Of a stretch of 57,112 nucleotides of DNA, positions 1-10,740 are shown piece by piece. The stretch's first letter is position 1; the number at the start of each line of letters is the position of its first letter. The notes beneath the pieces are model-generated. The model saw nothing but the letters and a program-made list of their open reading frames with translations. It made no database searches and had not been told where the DNA came from. A program made the translations under genes and the position numbers. The DNA is from Octopus bimaculoides (taxonomy: Eukaryota): NCBI RefSeq assembly GCF_001194135.2, contig NC_068983.1:76664819-76721930 (forward strand). Reading direction: 5' to 3'.

Positions 1-211
1 TCAGACATATACATAACAAAAACACCAGGACTTACAAATATATATAACATACAGAAAATTGCACTAGTGGGTACTGCACACATTCTACGCAAAACACTTT
101 CAATACAGTAAACATAAGAGCACCACAGCAAACCACAGCACATACCCAAGGCTCACTGAGCTGCGCTCGGTAGTGAAGTGAAAGCACGTTATAAAAATAA
201 AACTACTGAAC

Positions 212-266
<55 letters not shown>
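1..266 (+). mobile_element. 3' end of an R4/Dong-like (RLE-type) non-LTR retrotransposon: ORF C-terminus, 3' UTR and (AAT)n tail
   Basis: 1-111 reads SDIYITKTPGLTNIYNIQKIALVGTAHILRKTLSIQ*, matching the QKxALxGTAxILRK C-terminal motif of R4/Dong-type ORFs as I recall it. A ~100-bp UTR and an AAT tail follow. Confidence 0.75.
212..266. repeat. (AAT)n microsatellite, ~18 units
   Basis: Directly visible perfect repeat. Confidence 0.97.
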
Positions 267-269
267 GCA

Positions 270-1250
270 GAAAGAAAAGCTGAGGGACAAAAGACCAACT
301 TCTCTTACACAGAATGGTACTGAACGACTGCAGGAAAAAATTACTAGACTGGGCATGGCGTGGATCGATTACAAGATGGAATCGTCCTCCATTCTTGGAT
401 TTTAGAAAGTCTAGGGCTGGTACAGGTGTCTGATAACATATTAGATTTTATTAGGAGCTCAATAAAGAACTAGAATGCAGAGTGAACTTCATGTCGAAAA
501 TTTTGGCGTGAGTTAACATTAAGAGAGGCATATTTCAATGAGATAGACTATCACCTTTGCTGATTGTGATTTGTGTAACACGGCTCACACAGATATTACG
601 GAAAGTGACATAGAGGTAAACATTGAAAAGTGGAGGAAAAGTTAATTATCTGTTATTTGTGAATGATTTAAGGGTGTTGGCGAAAATCGAACGTGAAATT
701 AATGGCCTAGTTTCAGCAGTACAAATATTGAGTAAGGATATCGGAATGGAATTTGGGAGTAAAATGTGTGGTATGCTTATAATAGAAAAAGGCAAAGTGA
801 AAAGAAGGAAAGCTTTAGGCGATAATATCCCTGAAGAACCAAATTAATTGTGGGAAGTAGGCTCAATTGATCAGGGCAATGAACATATAAACTGTTTCCT
901 TAATGCGATATGGTGCAGATGTCAGGCGGACAAAAAATGAACTTGAGGAAATGGAGAAATGTACAAGAAATATGACAATTAATAAAAAGAAGTACACCTA
1001 AAAAGTGGTACTGTATATGGTGCTGTATGTGCCTCGGAACAGAGGAGGAAGCCACCGTATGGGCAATATCTCAGAAAAGTCAAAGGAAAAGACAAGAATA
1101 ACACTTGGAGAGGGATGAGAAAAGTGATCAAAAAGGATGCACTTTAATATTGAAACGCACCGTTCTGGAAACTCATGAAACTATGTTCCATATAGATATG
1201 AGCAGAGCATCTCCCCTCTGTAGGATATTTGACAGCAAAAACGAAACAAA
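270..1250 (+). mobile_element. Decayed R4/Dong-like reverse transcriptase fragment (stops and frameshifts)
   Basis: Ordered RT motifs: GTKDQLL; LGMAWIDYK; HSWILESL; NIKRGIFQ*DRLSPLL; VNYLLFVNDLRVLAK (decayed F/YMDD box); KDIGMEFGSKMCG; LYVPRNRGG; SPLCRIF..KNET (decayed zinc-knuckle region). Confidence 0.85.
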
Positions 1251-3812
1251 ATTAAGTGGAAGCAAGTGAAACGACCCGGGGCATACTTCAGCTTTGATGA
1301 GAAGCCAATGAACCTATAGAGGTCGCACTATCCACGTGTTTTCTTGAATCTAAAAAGAGAAACTCTTGGTCGGTGACATCATGAAAGAAAATTTATTTTG
1401 GAGACGATGTCTTCTACGTTTGCTGACTAGAAAACTAAAATGTACATAAAAGTCCATAAATTTTTACTATAACATTAGCAGGAATGAACAGCATTTTAAT
1501 TCAAAATTATTGCAAAACGCCGACTTGCATTTCTATTACGCGAGCATTTTTGGGGTATAATCAGTCAATATTACAACATAGAAATCGGTCCAAATTGAGT
1601 CAGTTATGATACCAGATCCCAAAACTGCGAATATAATATTTTCGCGGTGATTCGCTCGCGCATATTTTAGATAATTCTGTTTGCACAGTCTATTCAATAT
1701 AGAATGATTCGTCTATTATAACATTAAAGGATTATATCTAAACGTACTTGCGTAATGGAAACGCGTATTGTCGTTTTGTATCTTGTAATCTTGTATTAAT
1801 GTGGTTCTATTCTTCGTTTTCTAAACTTAATTATATACTCTGGAATTTTTTCGAAATTCTTCTAAGGTAACTTCGGGTTTTCTGGTCGGACCATGAGAGC
1901 AATACCGAATGGTAATACTTTGGGCCCTATAGACTCCGATAGATCGAGATAGCTAGCCAAGTTTGGATGTCTGCAGAGTGTTTACAAATATGTCTGACTG
2001 AGCTTTTGAATCCCTATCACTTTGAATTATATATATATATGAAGAGAGAGAGAGCGAGAGCGAGAGAGAGTCAGTGTTTGTATTCGAACAATATGAAAAT
2101 GGAGAGATATGGGAAGTATATGACGGATATTTCAGATAAAGTGATAGATAGCAAATAAGAGAAAAGTAAATGTATCAGGAGACAACATAATAGATAGTAT
2201 AATTTCGAAATTGACAGTTTCAGTTTTAAGTCAATAAGAAACCATTTATTTTCTTCGAATACAGCAGACTTGGAAAATATAATTTTAATACGTTAGAAAA
2301 ATTTCGCAAGAAAAATCTATAAAGTATATAACCGCAGATATGTCAATTGTGTTTAATATCTTCATTTAACGATATTTTACTAATAAGTTACTCAATTTTA
2401 AAAATAAAATAATACAATATTCATTAGGTAAAACCCTATAGCGTTATCTCTCACATCACAAACAAAAAATTAATACAAGAACATTGAATCGAAAATTTTT
2501 CAAGAACAAAAGCAATTTCACAGTCTTGCTGCAAGAAATACAGTTTTATTTAAATGTGTTCCCATGGAAATGATTTTAATAACGAGAGAATAAAATATGC
2601 TGCCATATAAATGAAGTAATAATGTGTTTCATCTGATTTTCATGTTATATTCATTTGGCTTATATTGTATAGATTTTATTCTTTTAAATTTGTTTTTCTT
2701 TTCTCTCATTCTTCTTTATTGGTTACTTTCAGCAAGATTATAAATACGCTAGTTGCAATCTGTCAATTGGAATAACGTACACTTTAGGATTTAATATGAT
2801 ATTGTTTCTCTTTCAATAGTCCCTTTATTTGTTGCCTTTTAGTGAACGTTGCATTATTTACTTACCTTTATGTTTTGCAAATGGGTATGGGGGTGTAGGT
2901 TCGCTGCATTCATGGGCAATATTTTGAATTAGAATGTTATTTTATGTTCTCAGCTAATACACTAAAACTGTCAATGCTTCACAAATGCATATTTGGGTAA
3001 ATATATTGATGCAATAGAGAAGAAAGAATATTTCAAAAATAGAAATCATAGACGTATTAACACCATTATTTGTATTAACGTCATTTTAAAAGGGAAACCG
3101 TGAATATATTCCAAAATTCAAATTGAATCAGTATGAACATAGAATATACTGGGGTGGTCGAATCTGATTTTGAGATGATAAAGTGTTAACTACAAAAATG
3201 TTTCGGTCGATAGAGCCTCCTCTGCAAAATAAATGTAACTTATAGATTCTTGAATGACTTAAAATATTTTTTGTGAAATTTATTCACAGATAAGACAATT
3301 AAAAGTAATGACATTCAAATACGTTCCATACAAGATTTGTACATGTATAATAGACCCCCCGTGTGTATCCTATCATATTAGAGAAGGCAAAATAATACAG
3401 TAATCAATTGAAATTAATCGAACATTCATTGGTGTTAATGGTTTACTTGCCTACTTTGTATTTCGGTTTGCTTGTAAAAATGATTGTGTGATGTATATGA
3501 TTGTGTGATAATAGTGACGGGGATGGGGTGGGATTATGACTTCCCTTGTATGTAAGAGCATGCGATAATGGGCGTGCAGTTTATGGGGTTGCACTTACAT
3601 TGTCATGTGGTTTTAGGCGTTTCTGAAGATTCTTTCGCAATCACCTTCAATTGAAATTTCTGAGCACTGTACCATGGCTCTTTTGACAAGACTTGCCCTC
3701 AATGCTAATGAATTGTCTTTTCATTAAAAGTGTAATATCAACTGATTGTATTCACTTTTCGATTTACTGCTCTACGTTGACGCACAACGGTTTTTTTTTC
3801 ATTATGCGGCAG

Positions 3813-3928
3813 ACGTTTTTGAAGAACTCAATAAAGAACCAAAAGATGGTCATCTTTTCACTTTATTTGGAATAATTTTAAACAAGAATCACACGTGTAG
3901 TACATGGGCAGGACAATGTGTCGGACAG
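3813..3928 (+). CDS. Candidate internal exon, weak avidin-like motif
   Basis: T-rich tract then gcag acceptor (3812) and CAG|GTCAGT donor (3929). The open frame reads (D)VFEELNKEPKDGHLFTLFGIILNKNHTCSTWAGQCVGQ. No flanking exons were identified. Confidence 0.25.
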
Positions 3929-4657
3929 GTCAGTAACAACCGCTTTATCTTTTTTTAAAGCTAACGTAATCACATTTGAGAATCAATAATATCTTTTATT
4001 TTCTGTTGTACTTAATATGAAAAATGTGGTCAACTGGCAGAACAAGTTGAACTTCCCACAAACTTGTGCTTCGAACAAATTCTTCCTAATTTTTGCGTTG
4101 TGCAGAGCTCAGCATCATTTCTGTCCTTCAGAAATCGATGGATAAAATATTAGTTGTACACTGTTATCAATTCTTCTCCTTACTCTTACTAACATTGTAA
4201 TTATTTCTCTCCTTCAGTCTCAGGATCTGCAATGCTCTGCAGGGAGGGATTTTAGTTAGGTAAATTTCAGTGACCTTTAAAGAAGCACAAGACGGTTGAA
4301 TCAATGGTTAAACAGGTGTCGTACTTAACATGATAAAAGGAGCATTTCGAGGAAACGATTTAACACAATGTGCATAGAAGATATTACGTTTTGCCAGAAG
4401 GTTTAACAGCAATAAGATTGGTTGGGTATTTTATGAATGATTGTAGCAACGGAATAATATTCTAGAGTGAAGCAGTGTGTGATAATGCTCGGTAGATTCT
4501 TGAACAAAGTTTCCTTCTGATCTATTACAATTACAGGTATGACGATGAGGATTATGTTACTGCTGCTGCTTTGGTGTGTATATAGATGTAATTAAGTGAT
4601 GGACAGAGCTTTAGAATTTCTCGTACACCCCCACCCCACACACAACATGTAAGAAAC

Positions 4658-4659
<2 letters not shown>

Positions 4660-4695
<36 letters not shown>

Positions 4696-5341
4696 NNNNN
4701 NNNNNNNNNNNNNNNNNNNNNNNNNNNNNNNNNNNNNNNNNNNNNNNNNNNNNNNNNNNNNNNNNNNNNNNNNNNNNNNNNNNNNNNNNNNNNNNNNNNN
4801 NNNNNNNNNNNNNNNNNNNNNNNNNNNNNNNNNNNNNNNNNNNNNNNNNNNNNNNNNNNNNNNNNNNNNNNNNNNNNNNNNNNNNNNNNNNNNNNNNNNN
4901 NNNNNNNNNNNNNNNNNNNNNNNNNNNNNNNNNNNNNNNNNNNNNNNNNNNNNNNNNNNNNNNNNNNNNNNNNNNNNNNNNNNNNNNNNNNNNNNNNNNN
5001 NNNNNNNNNNNNNNNNNNNNNNNNNNNNNNNNNNNNNNNNNNNNNNNNNNNNNNNNNNNNNNNNNNNNNNNNNNNNNNNNNNNNNNNNNNNNNNNNNNNN
5101 NNNNNNNNNNNNNNNNNNNNNNNNNNNNNNNNNNNNNNNNNNNNNNNNNNNNNNNNNNNNNNNNNNNNNNNNNNNNNNNNNNNNNNNNNNNNNNNNNNNN
5201 NNNNNNNNNNNNNNNNNNNNNNNNNNNNNNNNNNNNNNNNNNNNNNNNNNNNNNNNNNNNNNNNNNNNNNNNNNNNNNNNNNNNNNNNNNNNNNNNNNNN
5301 NNNNNNNNNNNNNNNNNNNNNNNNNNNNNNNNNNNNNNNNN

Positions 5342-5375
<34 letters not shown>
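4660..5375. repeat. (TA)n microsatellite spanning N gap 4696-5341
   Basis: Directly visible. Confidence 0.95.
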
Positions 5376-5378
<3 letters not shown>

Positions 5379-6689
5379 TTGTTAGATCTGATGCTTTGTC
5401 AATATAGTTTTAACTTGATGTTACGGTATTAATTTTAAAATATTGTCTTCATTGGAATGTCAATACGATCTAGACATGCAGCCATATTGAACTATCGACA
5501 CACCTAAGTAGGTGCTGAACTTAGGCACCATAGTATAGAGTTGATGCAAAGAAGATATTAAACATGGCTATATCGAACCAAATCCCAACATGCGTGAAGG
5601 AAAATAACATTTAAGATATATCAATTATCGATATATTCGGAAGAAAATATTCCCTTACTGCAGTATGTGTGGTATTTAATTGAAAATTTGAATTTTCTTT
5701 TCGTAAATACTCCTAAAATTTACTATGGATATATAATCTACCATAAGGAATCTATTGTTTTTATAGCTTTTATCCTGCATAGAGTCTCTTTATATTTTTT
5801 GTTTTCTTAAATATTCAGATTTGGTTAGTTGTATTATTTCTGAAATGTTTTTTCGTTTGAAATCACGCAATATTTATATATATAGTTTTGGATTATACTC
5901 ATCAATGCATTTATCAATATGTTAGCAAATCTTGTAATCTATGGTTAGAAGCAATAATGTAACCACAAGAATACGGAAATTAAATTTCTTGTACTATAAC
6001 ACAGCGTAACGCAGGAGACTATAAGTTCATTATCTTATGTAAACCAGTAATTGTTTCCCTCTTTTATATGCAAGAAACATTCAATATGATCTGGCAATAT
6101 GATTGACAATATGTGGGCATTTCCGATGTATAACCAGTGACAGTGAGAACTGTATTTTTAGAAGTAATGAATGATTATTTATGACTTGTGTGTACCTTAG
6201 TGTTATAAGATGCTGATTTCATTCTTATTCATAGTGTAAAATTTCTATGGTGTAAATATTGCTGTTAGAGGCAAAAGGGAAATATTATCATAGGGCATAT
6301 AATCAAAAAACAAATTATGTGTATAATAAAATCTTACGTTATTTGCATATGAAGTATTTTTGTTGTTGAGTGGCTCTGTAGGTGATAATTGAAGTCGATA
6401 CTTGTAATTACATTAACCAATTAAGTAATTATTATATCAGTACATTAGCAATGCATATCTACTAAAATGCGTTTTATGAAAATCAACTTAATTTACGGAG
6501 ATGTACTTGCATAGCAAGCGACCTGATCTGAGATCGTATGCTGGAACGAAAACAACTGCAGCATGGAAGGTGTTTATAAACCATACATGGATATTTACAT
6601 TTGGAATGGGACTATACTCCAAGTACTTTTTCTTCTTTGTTTTTCCTTCTCCACATCGCACTCATTTCTTATTGCAAATCTCATACAGA

Positions 6690-6830
6690 TTTAATAATCC
6701 TTAACTTCTACTATTACCGTCTCCGATGCAGAGATACATTGAATTTTCCCTGAAACAGCTGTGAGACATTCTACATAAAATACAAATTTATTTATGCCAT
6801 TGGTCTCTTTATCTCATTCTTCTTATATGT
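6690..6830 (+). mobile_element. Penelope-like-element terminal remnant with degenerate hammerhead motif
   Basis: GTCT-CCGATGC-AGAGATA..TTTTCCCT-GAAAC-AGCT-GTG-AGAC at 6719-6767 has the topology of a minimal type I hammerhead, with a stem I GTCT/AGAC pair. Confidence 0.5.
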
Positions 6831-6970
6831 ACACACGCTAATACACGACCCATGTTTAATTCCTCATTCACGTTGCAACCATATCTGGGGCAAACCTAGT
6901 CGGTATACAGCACTCACTCGGTATTACCTGTAACATTCGGGTCTGGTTGACTCCATTACCCTCCATAAAA

Positions 6971-7110
6971 TATATATATATAAATATATATATGTATATA
7001 NNNNNNNNNNNNNNNNNNNNNNNNNNNNNNNNNNNNNNNNNNNNNNNNNNNNNNNNNNNNNNNNNNNNNNNNNNNNNNNNNNNNNNNNNNNNNNTATATA
7101 TATATATATT
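6971..7110. repeat. (TA)n microsatellite spanning N gap 7001-7093
   Basis: Directly visible. Confidence 0.95.
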
Positions 7111-9218
7111 CCTTTGTTTTTTTCTCTGAGCTAGGTTCTTTGTTTCAGTCTTTTCAAACTTTATCGAGCAACCTTGTATAATATATCTAGATTTCCCAGA
7201 AATAACACCAGAACCATTCTCATAGAACACCTTAATATCAGAGCAAAGGAAAACACATTAGATAACATTGTCCTAGATAAACTATGCCAGTAATATAGGG
7301 GCTCTGACAGTTCAGATGACAGACCTAACCTAGGTATGAACTACGAAAGTAACCTTATACATTTTTGTCGTTATTTCAGACTTCTTACTTGTCAATCTCT
7401 CTTGTATCACAAGTCTCCCCATCCTGCCTACTCGATAGTTTTATGTCCTCCTTTACTATTTGGCCACCCTTTTTTATTCTCCTTCCGTTTCGTGATTTAT
7501 TTTTTACGACACTTCTCTTTATTATTCTCTGCCCATTCTCTCTTTTATTATTTCATTATTAATTTCTTTCGTCTTCTCTAACTTACGTTAGTAATTACAT
7601 CGGAAATAATTCTGGTTTTCTTTCTCTCATATGAGATTCAATATATTTCTTTCACAGAGCAATTTTGCCGCACTCAGACTCCCTGCCTCTCTTTAGCAGT
7701 AACATGAATCTATTTGTCTGACTTTCATCTCCCCACTGAATGTATTTTTTACTGGTTCTTTTCGATTTTTGTCTTTCATTATTTATTTGCTTGTTTGCCG
7801 TCTTGTCTTCCTCTCCTTATAATGTCATTCTATCTATATGTTTATAGAGAGTATTCTTTTACTACTTTTTTCCCTTCCACATATATCTCCTTGTTTATTG
7901 CAGACATATTAGTATTTAAAGTGGAGAAGGAAACAGCGAAGAGACAGAAGAGAATCACAAGAGATAGAGAGATACAGAGTGACATATAAACAAACAATGT
8001 AACAGAGAAAGAAAGATGGAGGAATGCATGTATGATCTACAGACATCTCAACTAAAGGTTAGACATGATATATTGGTGTTATTTCAATCTTCAAAAGTTA
8101 CTGCTAAGTCATCATGCAACTTGACAGTTTTTATAAAAGCTATGAAGAAAAAGACGAAATGAGGGAAAGAGAAAGGAAAAACAGAAGATATAAATCAATT
8201 TTCAAATTATACTCTGTAATTTCTTGTCTACCGACACCAGCACACAGTCAGTACGTACGCCACAGTCATTCTTTAATTCAAGAAAAATATTAATTCAAGA
8301 AAAAAGGAATAACATTTTGAGATTGGTAGGTGGCAGAATTGCTAGGTCTCTAAAGAAAATACCTTGAGAAACATCGGCCTTCTACGGTCAATGTGAATTA
8401 TGTTTGTGTGCACACATGTGCATGGGGTTCAGATTTCTACCCAATCACATAGCAGTACGTCCAATCCCACTGGTTATCATCATGTCGAATACAGTTTCAG
8501 TTGAATAACAAAAAGAGTACTGATGTTTCGGTTACTATAGGCTTATATTTTATATACCTAATTCGCACTACGGTTAACAGAACCACATGTTGCTGGGTAC
8601 TTTCACTTGTGTATGTGCTATTGCAATTATTCGGTTGAGTTTTCCGGTCTGAGGTTAAGTCGATATCTTGACTCATTGCTATGCACTTAAGGGACACATA
8701 GAACCGATTTTCCCCACCCACCCCAAGCTGCTATTCAAACCTGCGCAAAACGGTAATAATGTCATACATCGTCCTTCTAAGGAAACCATACAACGAATTG
8801 CTACACATTTAATGAAAGTTTAAACAAAACCGTAACAGTAAATGCAGCTATTAAAAAGGCAATAGACGATTGACGAAATGAATCTAGAACTACATATTGA
8901 ACTGCAGTGTGGATGAAATATAATGTATATAGTTTTTGATACTACTTTTCAGATTTCGATTACCAAAAGTGAATAAGTTTATATATTTTTCAATAGGCAA
9001 CGGTCAGAAAGACGTCGGAATATCACAGCCTAATATTATCATAGCCGTTCTTCTCCTTTTCTCTCTCTGTGTCTTCATCATCATCGTCATCATCATGGTG
9101 CTTTGTGGTTGATTACACGTAGTGATTATAAATTGAAATTTTAACTATAAGAAGTTTGTTGAGTATTGAAAGACATCAGCCTAGTAATCATTTGCTACAA
9201 CAACATGCAAATGCCAAA

Positions 9219-9435
9219 GGCGGCGAGCTGTCAGAAACGTTAGCACACCGGGCGAAACGCTTCACGGTATTTCGTCTGTATTTACGTTTTGTGTTTTAAA
9301 TTCCGCCGAGGTCGAGTTTGCCTTTCTCCATTTCGGGGTCGAAAATTAAGTACCAGTTCGTACTGGGATCGATCTAATTGACTTCCCCCAGCCCACAAAA
9401 AAAAATCCTTGCTTTGTGCCTAGAGCAGAAAAGAA
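9219..9435 (+). mobile_element. tRNA-derived SINE, family A (tail type 1)
   Basis: Head GGCGGCGAGCTGTCAGAAACGTTAGCAC, degenerate B-box, body GGTCGA(C)TTTGCCTTT..GGGGTCGA..AAGTACCAGTT. The family has 8+ homologous copies in this window. Confidence 0.85.
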
Positions 9436-9634
9436 ACGTTAGCACGGCGGGAAAAGTGCTTAGCGGTATTTCGTCTGTCCTTACGTTTTGAGTTCAAATT
9501 CCGCCAAGGTCGACTTTGCCTTTCACCAATTCGTTGTCGATAAATTAAGTACGAGTTCCGTACTGGGGTCGATCTAAATGACTGACCCCTCCCTTCCCAA
9601 AAATGTTTGGCTTTGTGCCAGAGTAGAAATGAAA
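9432..9634 (+). mobile_element. tRNA-derived SINE, family A (tail type 1), tandem second copy
   Basis: Same body with B-box GAGTTCAAATTCC. It starts at AGAAACGTTAGC, overlapping the previous copy's tail. Confidence 0.85.
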
Positions 9635-9778
9635 ATAGAAATACCAACATTAGTGAAATATTTAGTTAACAGGAGCGAATGAGTAAATTTTCATAAGATG
9701 CTTTAACTCAATTATAAGAGGTTTATGAAAAATGCCATCTTTAAAGCCATAGACTCGGAGTGAGGAACCTATCAGTAC

Positions 9779-9810
<32 letters not shown>

Positions 9811-9948
9811 TGTGATACATATCGTATTACTTATGATCCAGAAACAAAATACAATCGCATCCATGGCTCCAGAGATGCTTAAGTATACAAATACGTGTTT
9901 CAAGCGATGAATGTTTTCACTGGGTTCTCAGATAAACTGTTATACTAA

Positions 9949-10740
9949 CAGCTGGGTTACTCGCATGATACTGTCGTCTGTCATCTTCACTCAATGAGTA
10001 AGATAAAAAAATCGGTGCATGGGTGTCACGCGCTTTGAATGAAAGAGTTACTGCAGCGCTCTTCTATCGTGGACACTTTCGTCGTTACTGTTTACAGGCT
10101 TGTCACAAATATGTTTTAATGAAACGTTGACAGTGAGAAATAAATGTGCCATTATTTCAATATGAATGGAAGAAAAAGATAGCTGAATCCCGAAAAGTGA
10201 GCAAAACTGCTATCCTACATAGACTTCCATCCACTCGAGACGATGATCTGCTGTTAGTGAGGCTGGAAACGGCAATCCATTAAGAAATGCTTGAAAACAA
10301 CGACACGGTTAATGCAGATCTTTCAATTCAGCAAATGCATCAACTCAGCGAGGTGACCAGACAGATACGACTCGACTGGTGACAGGCGTGCTCCTTTAAC
10401 GTGAAAACAGTCACTTCCATGTTACTAACTTGACCAAAATGCTATTCAGGGGTTCTGCTGGGAATATCTGTCGCACGCACACTAATGTAATGACTTCAGA
10501 TTATCACCTTTTCCCTTTGATCTCCAAGTCAGTGAAGTATTTCGTTCAACAACACCCCAGAGCTGACAAAAGGATTCGATGAAATATTCGAGTCAAAATT
10601 CGGATTGTTCTACATAAAACTAAAGCCAATAAAACTTTGGCAAATAGTGAATAATGAAGAAAAATAATATAATTGACTAATTTGTTAAAATTGTGGATAA
10701 AATATAAATGGAAAAGAACAAATTTTTCAAACAGCCCTAT
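9949..10740 (+). mobile_element. Decayed mariner transposase fragment (5'-truncated)
   Basis: Frame-shifted motifs in order: QLGYSHDTVVCHLHSMSKIKKIGAWVSRAL (WVPxxL region); DSEK*MCHYFNM; FHPLETMICC**GW; EMLENNDTVNADLSIQQMHQL; SDYHLF; FNNTPELTKGFDEIFESK; WQIVNNEEK. Confidence 0.85.

Noticed and set aside
4040-4150. Minus-strand IHRFLKD..RICSKHKF resembling a THAP domain
   Set aside because: The spacing is too short, the conserved Pro, Trp and Phe are absent, and there is no N-terminal Cys pair.
4592-5407. Long ORFs with YIYIYI, CVCVCV, HTHTHT and X runs (also near 6.9, 15, 27.5, 28, 34, 36.3, 50 and 55.7 kb)
   Set aside because: They are translations of dinucleotide microsatellites and N gaps.
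6501-6704. ORF with LRS..WK-x7-IFT resembling the avidin C-terminus
   Set aside because: It lacks the conserved Trp, has a weak acceptor, and runs into a Penelope-type terminal remnant.
7336-7989. Hydrophobic F/L/S-rich ORFs that look like membrane proteins
   Set aside because: They are a by-product of a pyrimidine-rich low-complexity strand and are open in several frames.
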